The position numbers and the translations under genes were made by a program. Source: Nemertoderma westbladi (lineage: Eukaryota; Animalia; Xenacoelomorpha). From it: a stretch of 54,382 bases of DNA. Below are positions 23,365-35,300 of this stretch, one piece after another (within the stretch, counting starts at the first letter, position 1; each line of letters starts with the position of its first letter). The notes beneath the pieces are model-generated. The model ran no database searches. It worked only from the letters and a program-made list of their open reading frames with translations, and had not been told where the DNA came from. The DNA lies in the NCBI GenBank assembly GCA_032718475.1, contig JAUCBJ010003563.1, forward strand, positions 1 to 54,382, in the 5' to 3' direction.

Positions 23365-26300
23365 CTGAAGCAAATTAAAATAATAATAATTAAAACTAAA
23401 ATAATACATTGTTTATGTAAAAACTATGTGAAATTGTTACTATTTCGCTCAAATATACACAAAATCGGGAAAAAATGTTTCTCTATTTTACCTAGGGAAA
23501 AAAGGTAACCCATAGGATAGCGTTGATATTACTTTTTTTCTCGGCGAATAAAGTAAAATAAAATATTTTTGGTGCTGAATTTCTCAAACTTTATTACATA
23601 TGTTTAAAAAACATTGAAGTAGAAAAGGTTTGCACGTAATTTGAGCAAAATTCGTTCACAAACTTAAAAGTTATTGCAACTATACTGCCGTCAGAAGGTA
23701 TAGAACACCCTATCTCTATCTGGGCAAATCTTGGGTGCTCTTTCTCGTGGTGTTGTCCGTTTTACTGCATCTCCACCAGTTACAGGTCTCAACATCGTGA
23801 AAAATACTATATGCTATATACTACTATGTATATTACAGTAATACGTATTTGGATATTAAATAATGTTCTGGAACATTCCTAAGGAGTAATATAGAGGTAC
23901 AATAAGAAATTAACCACCATAATAGCACATTCAAACAGGGCGACTAAGAGAAACAGGACGACTATTAGAATGAACGAACAGGGAGTTGTTAACCGGAAAT
24001 GGTGATGGGCCAGGTTTGCTTGGAGGTATGTCGGAAGTAGATGGAGTGGGTGGACAGGGGATGTCGGAGGTAGATGGAGTGGGTGGACAGGGGATGTCGG
24101 AAGTAGATGGAGTGGGTGGACAGGGGATGTCGGAGGTAGATGGAGTGGGTGGACAGGGGATGTCGGAAGTAGATGGAATGGGTGGACAGGGGATGTCGGA
24201 AGTAGATGGAGTGGGTGGACAGGAGATGTCGGAGGTAGATGGAGTGGGTGGACAGGGGATGTCGGAGGTAGATGGAGTGGGTGGACAGGGGATGTCGGAA
24301 GTAGATGGAGTGGGTGGACAGGGGATGTCGGAGGTAGATGGAGTGGGTGGACAGGGGATGTCGGAGGTAGATGGAGTGGGTGGACAGGGGATGTCGGAGG
24401 TAGATGGAGTGGGTGGACAGGGGATGTCGGAGGTAGATGGAGTGGGTGGACAGGGGATGTCGGAGGTAGATGGAGTGGGTGGACAGGGGATGTCGGAGGT
24501 AGATGGAGTGGGTGGACAGGGGATGTCGAGAGGTAGATGGAGTGGGTGGACAGGGGATGTCGGAGGTAGATGGAGTGGGTGGACAGGGAGTATGTCGTAG
24601 GTAGATGGAGTGGGTGGACAGGGGATGTCGGAGGTAGATGGAGTGGGTGGACAGGGGATGTCGGAGGTAGATGGAGTGGGTGGACAGGAGATGTCGGAGG
24701 TAGATGGAGTGGGTGGACAGGGAGATGTCTGAGGTAGATGGAGTGGGTGGACAGGGGATGTCGGAGGTAGATGGAGTGGGTGGACAGGGATGTCGGAGGT
24801 AGATGGAGTGGGTGGACAGGGGATGTCGGAGGTAGATGGAGTGGGTGGACAGGGGATGTCGGAGGTAGATGGAGTGGGTGGACAGGGGATGTCGGAGGTA
24901 GATGGAGTGGGTGGACAGGGGATGTCGGAGGTAGATGGAGTGGGTGGACAGGGGATGTCGGAGGTAGATGGAGTGGGTGGACAGGGGATGTCGGAGGTAG
25001 ATGGAGTGGGTGGACAGGGGATGTCGGAGGTAGATGGAGTGGGTGGACAGGGGATGTCGGAGGTAGATGGAGTGGGTGGACAGGGGATGTCGGAGGTAGA
25101 TGGAGTGGGTGGACAGGGGATGTCGGAGGTAGATGGAGTGGGTGGACAGGGGATGTCGGAGGTAGATGGAGTGGGTGGACGGGGATGTCGGAGGTAGATG
25201 GAGTGGGTGGACAGGGGATGTCGGAGGTAGATGGAGTGGGTGGACAGGGGATGTCGGAGGTAGATGGAGTGGGTGGACAGGGGATGTCGGAGGTAGATGG
25301 AGTGGGTGGACAGGGGATGTCGGAGGTAGATGGAGTGGGTGGACAGGGGATGTCGGAGGTAGATGGAGTGGGTGGACAGGGGATGTCGGAGGTAGATGGA
25401 GTGGGTGGACAGGGGATGTCGGAGGTAGATGGAGTGGGTGGACAGGGGATGTCGGAGGTAGATGGAGTGGGTGGACAGGGGATGTCGGAGGTAGATGGAG
25501 TGGGTGGACAGGGGATGTCGGAGGTAGATGGAGTGGGTGGACAGGGGATGTCGGAGGTAGATGGAGTGGGTGGACAGGGGATGTCGGAGGTAGATGGAGT
25601 GGGTGGACAGGGGATGTCGGAGGCAGATGGAGTGGGTGGACAGGGGATGTCGGAGGTAGATGGAGTGGGTGGACAGGGGATGTCGGAGGTAGATGGAGTG
25701 GGTGGACAGGGGATGTCGGAGGTAGATGGAGTGGGTGGACAGGGGATGTCGGAGGTAGATGGAGTGGGTGGACAGGGGATGTCGGAGGTAGATGGAGTGG
25801 GTGGACAGGGGATGTCGGAGGTAGATGGAGTGGGTGGACAGGGGATGTCGGAGGTAGATGGAGTGGGTGGACAGGGGATGTCGGAGGTAGATGTGAGTGG
25901 GTGGACAGGGGATGTCGGAGGTAGATGGAGTGGGTGGACAGGGGATGTCGGAGGTAGATGGAGTGGGTGGACAGGGGATGTCGGAGGTAGATGGAGTGGG
26001 TGGACAGGAGATGTCGGAGGTAGATGGAGTGGGTGGACAGGGAGTATGTCTGAGGTAGTTGGAGTGGGTGGACAGGGGATATCGGAGGTAGATGGAGTGG
26101 GTGGACAGAGGATGTCGGAGGTAGATGGAGTGGGTGGACAGGGGATGTCGGAGGTAGATGGAGTGGGTGGACAGGGGATGTCGGAGGTAGATGGAGTGGG
26201 TGGACAGGGGATGTCGGAGGTAGATGGAGTGGGTGGACAGGGGATGTCGGAGGTAGATGGAGTGGGTGGACAGGGGATGTCGGAGGTAGATGGAGTGGGT

Positions 26301-29300
26301 GGACAGGGGATGTCGGAGGTAGATGGAGTGGGTGGACAGGGGATGTCGGAGGTAGATGGAGTGGGTGGACAGGGGATGTCGGAGGTAGATGGAGTGGGTG
26401 GACAGGGGATGTCGGAGGTAGATGGAGTGGGTGGACAGGGGATGTCGGAGGTAGATGGAGTGGGTGGACAGGGGATGTCGGAGGTAGATGGCAGTGGGTG
26501 GACGGGGATGTCGGAGGTAGATGGAGTGGGTGGACAGGGGATGTCGGAGGTAGATGGAGTGGGTGGACAGGGGATGTCGGAGGTAGATGGAGTGGGTGGA
26601 CAGGGGATGTCGGAGGTAGATGGAGTGGGTGGACAGGGGATGTCGGAGGTAGATGGAGTGGGTGGACAGGGGATGTCGGAGGTAGATGGAGTGGGTGGAC
26701 AGGGGATGTCGGAGGTAGATTGGAGTGGGTGGACAGGGGAAGTCGGAGGTAGATGGAGTGGGTGGACAGGGGATGTCGGAGGCAGATGGAGTGGGTGGAC
26801 AGGGGATGTCGGAGGTAGATGGAGTGGGTGGACAGGGGATGTCGGAGGTAGATGGAGTGGGTGGACAGGGGATGTCGGAGGTAGATTGGAGTGGGTGGAC
26901 AGGGGATGTCGGAGGTAGATGGAGTGGGTGGACAGGGGATGTCGGAGGTAGATGGAGTGGGTGGACAGGGGATGTCGGAGGTAGATGTGAGTGGGTGGAC
27001 AGGGGATGTCGGAGGTAGATGGAGTGGGTGGACAGGGGATGTCGGAGGTAGATGGAGTGGGTGGACAGGGGATGTCGGAGGTAGATGGAGTGGGTGGACA
27101 GGGGATGTCGGAGGTAGATGGAGTGGGTGGACAGGGGATGTCGGAGGTAGATGGAGTGGGTGGACAGGGGATGTCGGAAGTAGATGGAGTGGGTGGACAG
27201 GGGATGTCGGAGGTAGATGGAGTGGGTGGACAGGGGATGTCGGAGGTAGATGGAGTGGGTGGACAGGGGATGTCGGAGGTAGATGGAGTGGGTGGACAGG
27301 GGATGTCGGAGGTAGATGGAGTGGGTGGACAGGGATGTCGGAGGTAGATGGAGTGGGTGGACAGGGGATGTCGGAGGTAGATGGAGTTGGTGGACAGGGG
27401 ATGTCGGAGGTTGATGGAGTGGGTGGACGGGGGATGTCTGAGGTAGATGGAGTTGGTGGACAGGGGATGTCGGGGGTAGATGGAGTGGGTGGACAGGGGA
27501 TGTCGGAAGTAGATGGAGTGGATGGACAGGGGATGTTAATATTAACATTAACATAAGTTAACATTAATTTGTTCTAGAATAAATATTTAAACAGCAATTT
27601 TTAACAATATACCATAATCCTGGATATTCACAAAATGAAAATACCGGCAATATATTAATTAATAACGTCGTACAAATAATGTTCCATTTAAATATTTATT
27701 CCACGTATAACGTGGGACATATTTTCAATATGCTCTTGAGTCTTATTAACCTCGCTACGCTCGTTAAATAAAATATCTCGAGTAGTGAAAATAATGTTCT
27801 ACATTATTTACCATCAATGCAATAAATTATGATTATTTAATAGACAATTTTTTATCACTTGTGGTCAATGTGCGCCACTACCTTCGTTTACCAGGAAAGG
27901 AAAGGAATAGGTTACAATGGCAGCCTGTACTAACCGCAAACTGAATATTGAATACAAAGTTCGTTAACCCTATCCATACCGGGGGGGGGGGGGGGGGACT
28001 TTTGGTGACGCACTTTATTTGATTGCTTGGTTCAAAGCCAAACCACATTTATTGCAAGTGAAATTCCGTTAATTTTCCTAAAATTTATTATTCTTTATCT
28101 TAAAACAAAAATTAATTTTCATATTATTATTTATGACCATGAAAATGACACGTAAACTGACCTGTCTCTGAAACTGTCATATTATTGCTGAACTATTGTA
28201 GGAGGGAAATTTAAAAATCATATTGCTGAACTATTGTAGGAGGGAAATTTAAAAATCAATCAATTTAATATCAATTTAAAATCAATTTAAACATAATTAT
28301 AGTATATAAATATTATATTTGAGCATTAGTGTGTGGCATATTTTAATAGAGGAATAAATTTTGTATCTAAAACTTTTTACTTTAAAGTAATATCATCACA
28401 CCACACAAAGTTATATGCTTCCAAACTTTACGTCCCCAAAAGTCCCCCCCCCCCCCCCCGGTAGTTTGAGCGTCTAAAGTACCCCGGTATGGATAGGGTG
28501 TTATCGCTTATTAAGGGGCATCTTTACCTGCTGTTAGTAAACGTCACTTCAGTGATGTCGTTAGGACTGGAATCATCACAGAAAGCGTCTGCGATTAGAG
28601 TTCTGTCGAATATTTCACGGGAACTTCTGCCACACATGCGTATGAACATGTTGCTACCGGTATCCGATCCCGTGATTGTCGTTCTGGAAACGGCGTTACT
28701 AGCACCTACGGGAAATAAACAAACAACTGAATATATTTTGGGAAAACAATTTTTGAATAAGATGATATTAGTTTCAAATATTCCGTTCCGTTTGGATAAG
28801 TAAGTTTTACTATTTACATTCTTGTAAGTAGTCGAGTGTACAGTACTTATGTAGCGAGTTACTGCTATTCTATGCTATAGAAAATATAAACAAGGAAGGG
28901 GGGGGGGGTGAATTCACACAAATCCCTTCTCAGCGAATTAATATCTCGACTCAATGTTAAATTTTCAATTAAAGGGAAAGGAGTAGTTTACAGTGGCATG
29001 TTATTCTAACCAAAACAATAAACGTAAGTTATTCCGGAAGAATTGATTCTAAATAAATTTTTCCTTGCAGCGTTTATGTAGATATCACCAAAGCGCTGAT
29101 AAGTTGCACAATCTAACAAAATAATTACAATATTAATTTATAAACCTTCTCTAATAATTACATTTATTAATAAATATGAATGTCTAACCGACTTTAATGG
29201 ACTTATCATCCTCTGTTGCTAAAATCTTTTCCGCGTCGTTCAAAGTTGGAGTAACAAAATCTATTTGGTTCAATGAGATTTCCATTGGGGAAACGATACA

Positions 29301-32300
29301 AGAAGACCAATACGACTGGCGCTTAGAATTTATTAGCATCCTCTTGAAATCTATGAAAATGAAAATATTAAAATGTAATTTTTTCAATAAATTACCGCTT
29401 TTGGAGTAACTGAAATACGGAAAACGGAATCCCTTGCCTAGCACTTGTCAAACCCGTAAGGCGCAAGGGCTTTTGTTAAAAATTTATATAAAAGATAAAT
29501 TATCGCAAAAACGTGCCCTCAAACATGATGGAAAAACAAGTTCCATCCAATGAGGCCAGTTTAATTACTTTAATGCAATGACCCCAACACTATGTGACAA
29601 TGTCTTTCTGTCTAATGCCCTAAATGTGAGTGCTAATCGCCCTAAAATCGCAACATAAATCTCGAGAGACGAAAGGGAGAAATTCGAAATTAATTGCTAC
29701 AACACAAGTGTGACACTTATAGCTAAACTATTATTGTTATTTTGGGTGAACGAGAAGCGACACTTATACAATACAGTCTATCTGGTGACACAGTGAATCG
29801 TGAAAAAAAACATTTAAAATATGGTGTGTAGCCCATAATGCTGACCTTTTTTCGTCGATAAATCTTTCATAACTCTCGGATTGAGCGGGATCTTCGACTT
29901 GCACTTTGGGCAAACTGAGTGCGTTTTAGAACTCGCGGCCCCACCGTGTACAGTGTCTCTATGACGTTGCCATAGGTGATGGTGTGGATACAGTGACACG
30001 ACATCAACGCACTGGGAGACCGTTACCACGCCCTGGTGCGATATTTCGGTAAACAGTTCAAATCGTTCTTTAAGAAAAATCTTTACTGCCTCTTTCTTTA
30101 CCTAATAAATGGTAACAATCACAGGTTTGGTGGGACTTCGTACAGCGTGAAGTGCAATCATTCTCACTATTTCTCCTCGAAGGCCTTAATTTATGCATCG
30201 TTGTAAAATATACTATTGATAGAGGCTACATAATATGTAACAAGTTCAGTTTCTATTTCAATTTAATTCAAAGAAATTAAAAACAAGAAATTAAGCGAGA
30301 ATCAAACAGGGCCACAAAATAATTTTTACTTTTCCTTTGCCTTTTCTTTAAGAAAAATATGTTTCCAATTTAAAATTAATTTAACATCGGCAAATAACAT
30401 AATTAACGCAGCTGGTAAAAGTTCTGCAATGTTAACGAATTAATAAATTCACTTTGAAGGTGTACAATTATTATAATGAGCTTACTGTAGTCTTAGCAAC
30501 TAATACTGAAACAGAGACAAACAAGAAGCGTCCACTAACTAACACAGTATAGTATAGTAGTACCGGTCCGTCGTACACCTACCTGTTTGGGAAGATTTCG
30601 TATAACAAAGTTGAGCAACCACGACCTGCTGTGACTGCAGTCTTCCTCGATCTCATGGAAGAGAAACAGGGCCTTGGCCACCTCCAAGTAGGTGTACTCG
30701 CGACCTTGGTGCGCGTGACGCGAGCGCTCAAAGTAAAGGAACACAGCAGCCAAACCAACCCAATCAACTATGCTAACGAAATGTAAATTCTGATTATATT
30801 ATTCCGAATGAATGTATCTGGTTTCATTGGGAACCAGATGACTTGCAATGCCAGTCAACACAAATATGGCTCCCTTTCAAACTGCATTGCATTACTATAC
30901 TGTATGTGTGTGTAGGCCTATGCTATAATGTTTTGTGTAAAAAAAATTGTACAGTAATTATTCCTTTACACCCATTGCTGGGAACAACTACTACAGTAGG
31001 CCTACAGCGCAGTAAGGCTTATCTATTACAAAATCGGGTGATGTAAATTTTTCTTCCATAGGCTATTTTTATTGAAAGCAAAAAGAAGTGTACATTATGC
31101 TATTTCAGATGAGTTCCATCCCAAATTCTCTAATAAAGTTACATAAACCATGTCATTATCTAACAGTTTACACAACTGAATTTGATCATATTTACTGTAG
31201 CTTCATTAATATCCTATGCTATGGTTGACCCTATTGTTGGTTTAACAATTGACTCACTAACCGACAACATCGATCTCGACCGACCAATTTCCCCAACTCT
31301 GGGTGGTTGAACGACGCCAAGTAGGATTTCAGCCGACACAGTTGGCCCTCGGGACCCCTTCGTAGAAAGTCTGGAACCTTCCTCGTACCACTTGGTAACC
31401 ATTCTGGAATTCAATAGCAAGTTATAGATCCAAATGACTTCCACATTGAAGGTTTTGTTTAATTTAATTTAATTAATAATAATTTGATAATTTCCTACAT
31501 ATTAATTAAATAATTATTAATAAACAAGCCACGTAATGCCACTAATAAGAGATGATATACAGCATAAGTAAATGTGTACACTGTACCGTACATATCATAA
31601 TCGTGATAGAAGTGATAAAAACAGACAGAATGTAACTTTCTGAGAGAACTCGTAAATAAAATTTCCTGAAATTTTGCTGGTAGCTGTATCAACCATTCGT
31701 ACAAGAGCATGACCAAAAAAAATTAAAAATTTCAAAAAAATTTTTGTTTACGGCAATTTTTGTAAACAATCCCCGGTTTTTGACCAAAAATCGAAATTTC
31801 AACAACTGTTTTCTTAATAACTTTAAAAGAAAGCATCCAACCAACAAAACTAACAATATTCTAGTTCGTTGTGAACATTTCCTGAAAATTTCATGAGATT
31901 TCATACAGTTAGTTCCTCAGAAAACTGTACCTTTGTGTCTAAAAAATACAAAAAATTACTTTTCGAGAAAAAGGCATTCAAAGTTTTCAAAGCTTCCCGC
32001 CATTTTTTATAAAAAACGAGGGATTATTCAAACTGGTTGTAAAAAATAAATAACTACACCACCTGCCTAAAAATTCCGATATACAGTACTGTAGGGGTTT
32101 TCCTGGTCTGTGATTTCTTTCTGATGTCAGTTTTTGAGTTTGACCTAATCTAGACTGTATGTCGGCCGGTCTGTCTGTCTGTCTGTCAGTTTTGACAGAC
32201 TTTTCAGACAGACATTTGGGCACCTTAGGCTTATCCTATGCCTATAAAAACCCGAATTCTGTAATCTTCGAAAAATTTTGATCTTAAATAATCTAAAAAC

Positions 32301-35300
32301 AAATTTTCAAAAATATTTTTCTACCCTACAACCTCAATAATTTTTGAAAGGGTGGGATTTAAGGGCCCCCTCTTGACCAATGAGTCGAACTGAACTTTCG
32401 CTGCATTCCAATAAGATGACAATCAATAATTTAATTGTCAGAACGACCCTAAAAATTATAAGCGATAATAATACTGTAGGCCTACTATAAACCGTTTACA
32501 AACCCTTTGATATCGATCTTGGAATGAAATTGATATTCTCAGTTCCAGGAAATCCAATGCCCACTGTTTTATTCATTTTGTGTTACTGATAGCTGCATCT
32601 TGAGCCCTCCCAATTGCACCACGTGAGTGACGTTACCTGAGTTCCAATAAATTAATTTATCTTCATTTTCTATGAAAATCTCAAAGACGATTAAACGTAC
32701 TGTATATTACCGGTAGAGCGCCCACGTTGCACCTTCCGGTACAATTATAGGTTGGCTTAGAACATCTTGTTTACTTCAATAAAAAATTATAAAATTATTT
32801 TTATCTGAAAGATTCACTTTTTATCATTACAATTTGTAATAAACAGTGCAAAAAAGAACTGCTTTGTTGAGGACTCACTATTGTTACTATCACTAAATTA
32901 ATGACATAAAGTCTTTCTATCACTAATTTAGTTTAGTGATGCAACATTTTAAGGCAGTCGGCAGAACGCAGGAGCTGTGATATTAATTACTGAGATCGAC
33001 CCGGCAGTAATATAATTTTTTTTCTAATTTCAATCCTTTAAAATGTCTTAAAAAGTTGATCTGATATATTAACAGGTTATGGGTTTTTCTTGTAAAATTC
33101 GCTGAATTCCATATACAGAAGAACATAATGGAAATGTTATATTTCTGAGTTTTTTCGTTTGAACACAATATTTAGAAATTTCGTTATTATTTCCAATATA
33201 ATTTATAAATCGTATAAACGTAAGTAGTACTGTACGTAAATTGCTATAAAACCAGTTAGTAAAAAAGAAGTGTGGCGTGTGGGCAGACCTTACGGAATAT
33301 TGAGGGTAAACCTACTTTCTAACGATATATTGGTACCGGTATTTATTAGACTAGCTACGATCGTTAACTCATGCGTGCAACGTCTCCCATCGTTTCTTTG
33401 TTTCTCCTAAATGTTTCCTTGGTAACAAATTATCTAAATATATAATTATCACGTAATACATTGTTTTAATTTAAACACAATGGAGATGGCCACATTCCTA
33501 TAACTTAGGCCGCGTTCACAATACCGAGTCACAGTCAAAGTCAAAAGACAAAATCAAACGAAAATAAATATAGCTAGCAATAATAATAATAATACATATA
33601 ATTCTTATATAATATAATATATAAGGGCATTCTAGAAAAAATTAAACTTCATGTGATTTGTTTTACATTTTGACTTTTAACTTTGACATTGACTCGGTAG
33701 TGTGAACGCGGGCTAACGTTGGTAACACGCGGTACTTATATCAAGATAAATCGATGGGTTATAGAGGCAATAGACAGTCCATGGACTAATTGTTAAAATA
33801 ATTGACTGTTGTAATGGATGGAATAAATAGGGAGACATTTATTAGAATAAAGTGTGTCCATAAATTATTATTGTTCCAATCGTACTGAAGATTTTCTCCG
33901 TCTTCAGTAAATCCCGATTTGTATCTATAAATAGATACGAAACTGGTTGATTTTGGTTTATAAGTAAGCCCTAATACATATTATGGTCGTTCGAAATACA
34001 AAATATTCTAGAAAGTCTAATAAATATAGGCCCGGTTTCTCAAAACTCACTTAACTTAAATTGGGCACTTAAACTAAGTGTTTTGTTACTAAGTGTCCCC
34101 TTAAATTTATTTGCAGTTTCCCAAAAGTTAAATGGCCATTTAAAGTTTCACATTTAAGGGAGAAAAAAGTAACCCTGGGAGGTACCTTATTAGTCCATTT
34201 AAGTCTTAAAGTAAATAAAAAAAAATGCAGTTTGCTTTGTAGCGGTAATGTTATGGTATTTGTTCCGGTAGTTATAAATAGGCATTGACGAAAATTGAGA
34301 GTAAACAACATCAAACTCAATCAACTACAAGTCAGACCGTGGCGCACATTAACCGTAAGTGAAACTAGTGATCTTCAGAGCAAATTGACTGCAAGTGAAA
34401 TAACGTATAGTTTATTGTTTTGGTTAGAAAACACCGTCACTGTAACCTGCTCCTTTCCCTTAATGTTTTTAATTAAATTAAATTACATTTTCAAACCCAC
34501 TAAAATTTATTTTGAGTTTGCGGTCATTTTGCGCCATTGACTCCTAAATACAAGTATATAACGATAAACTGAATTTTATTGAGTTCTACTGAGCCACTAC
34601 AGAGCATTTTATATGGTCTGTAAAATATTGGAAAGATATCCGTAGATCCGTATTAGATCCGTAAGTTTTTTTACTCGCTATTATTAAGCAGATTTTGGCA
34701 TAATTATGATGTCCTAGAACATCCCGCGGTGAAAATATATATATATTTCATGGTAGCTATTATTCTTGGTCTAGCTAGCTAAAATTATATTACTGAACTA
34801 GTGGGGAGGAGTACCGGTACGGAACTACAGTTAGTGGGCGGGCGGAATTAAGCAACCAGTAGGCCTACTCAGACGGGTGAGTATAGAACAAAGACCCAAT
34901 TATAAAGACTTGCATAATCTTGTAACATGTGTTAACTTTCGTTTATTGTTTTGGTTCCACAACACGCCTCTGCAACCTGCTCCTTTACTAACCTGCCTTT
35001 TAACCTAACCTTTTAAATGGCAATGGGACCTAGCGCTCTTTGGAACCTAACGCCGCGACTTTACCTCTTTGTTTTGTACAGAACGGGCACTAAAGACTTG
35101 TCTGTTTGTTGTTTGTACTCACACGTGCTCAGACGTAATAAAAATTAATTAAATTGATCTTACATTCACATATGAACATATTTAACTAATTGAACTGTTA
35201 GCTACCGGTAACTATATACTGAACTAAACTTTCAGTTTAGGATAAATTTCACAGGTTAAATTATTACAGTGGCCATTTAGATAAGTGCTCGTTATCTTAT

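Noticed and set aside
23931-27564. 1207-aa, 1191-aa, 715-aa and other ORFs over the 33-bp array
   Set aside because: They arise because the unit is a multiple of three and stop-free in five frames; the translations switch repeat frame at indels, show no domain and have no phase-compatible splice entry.
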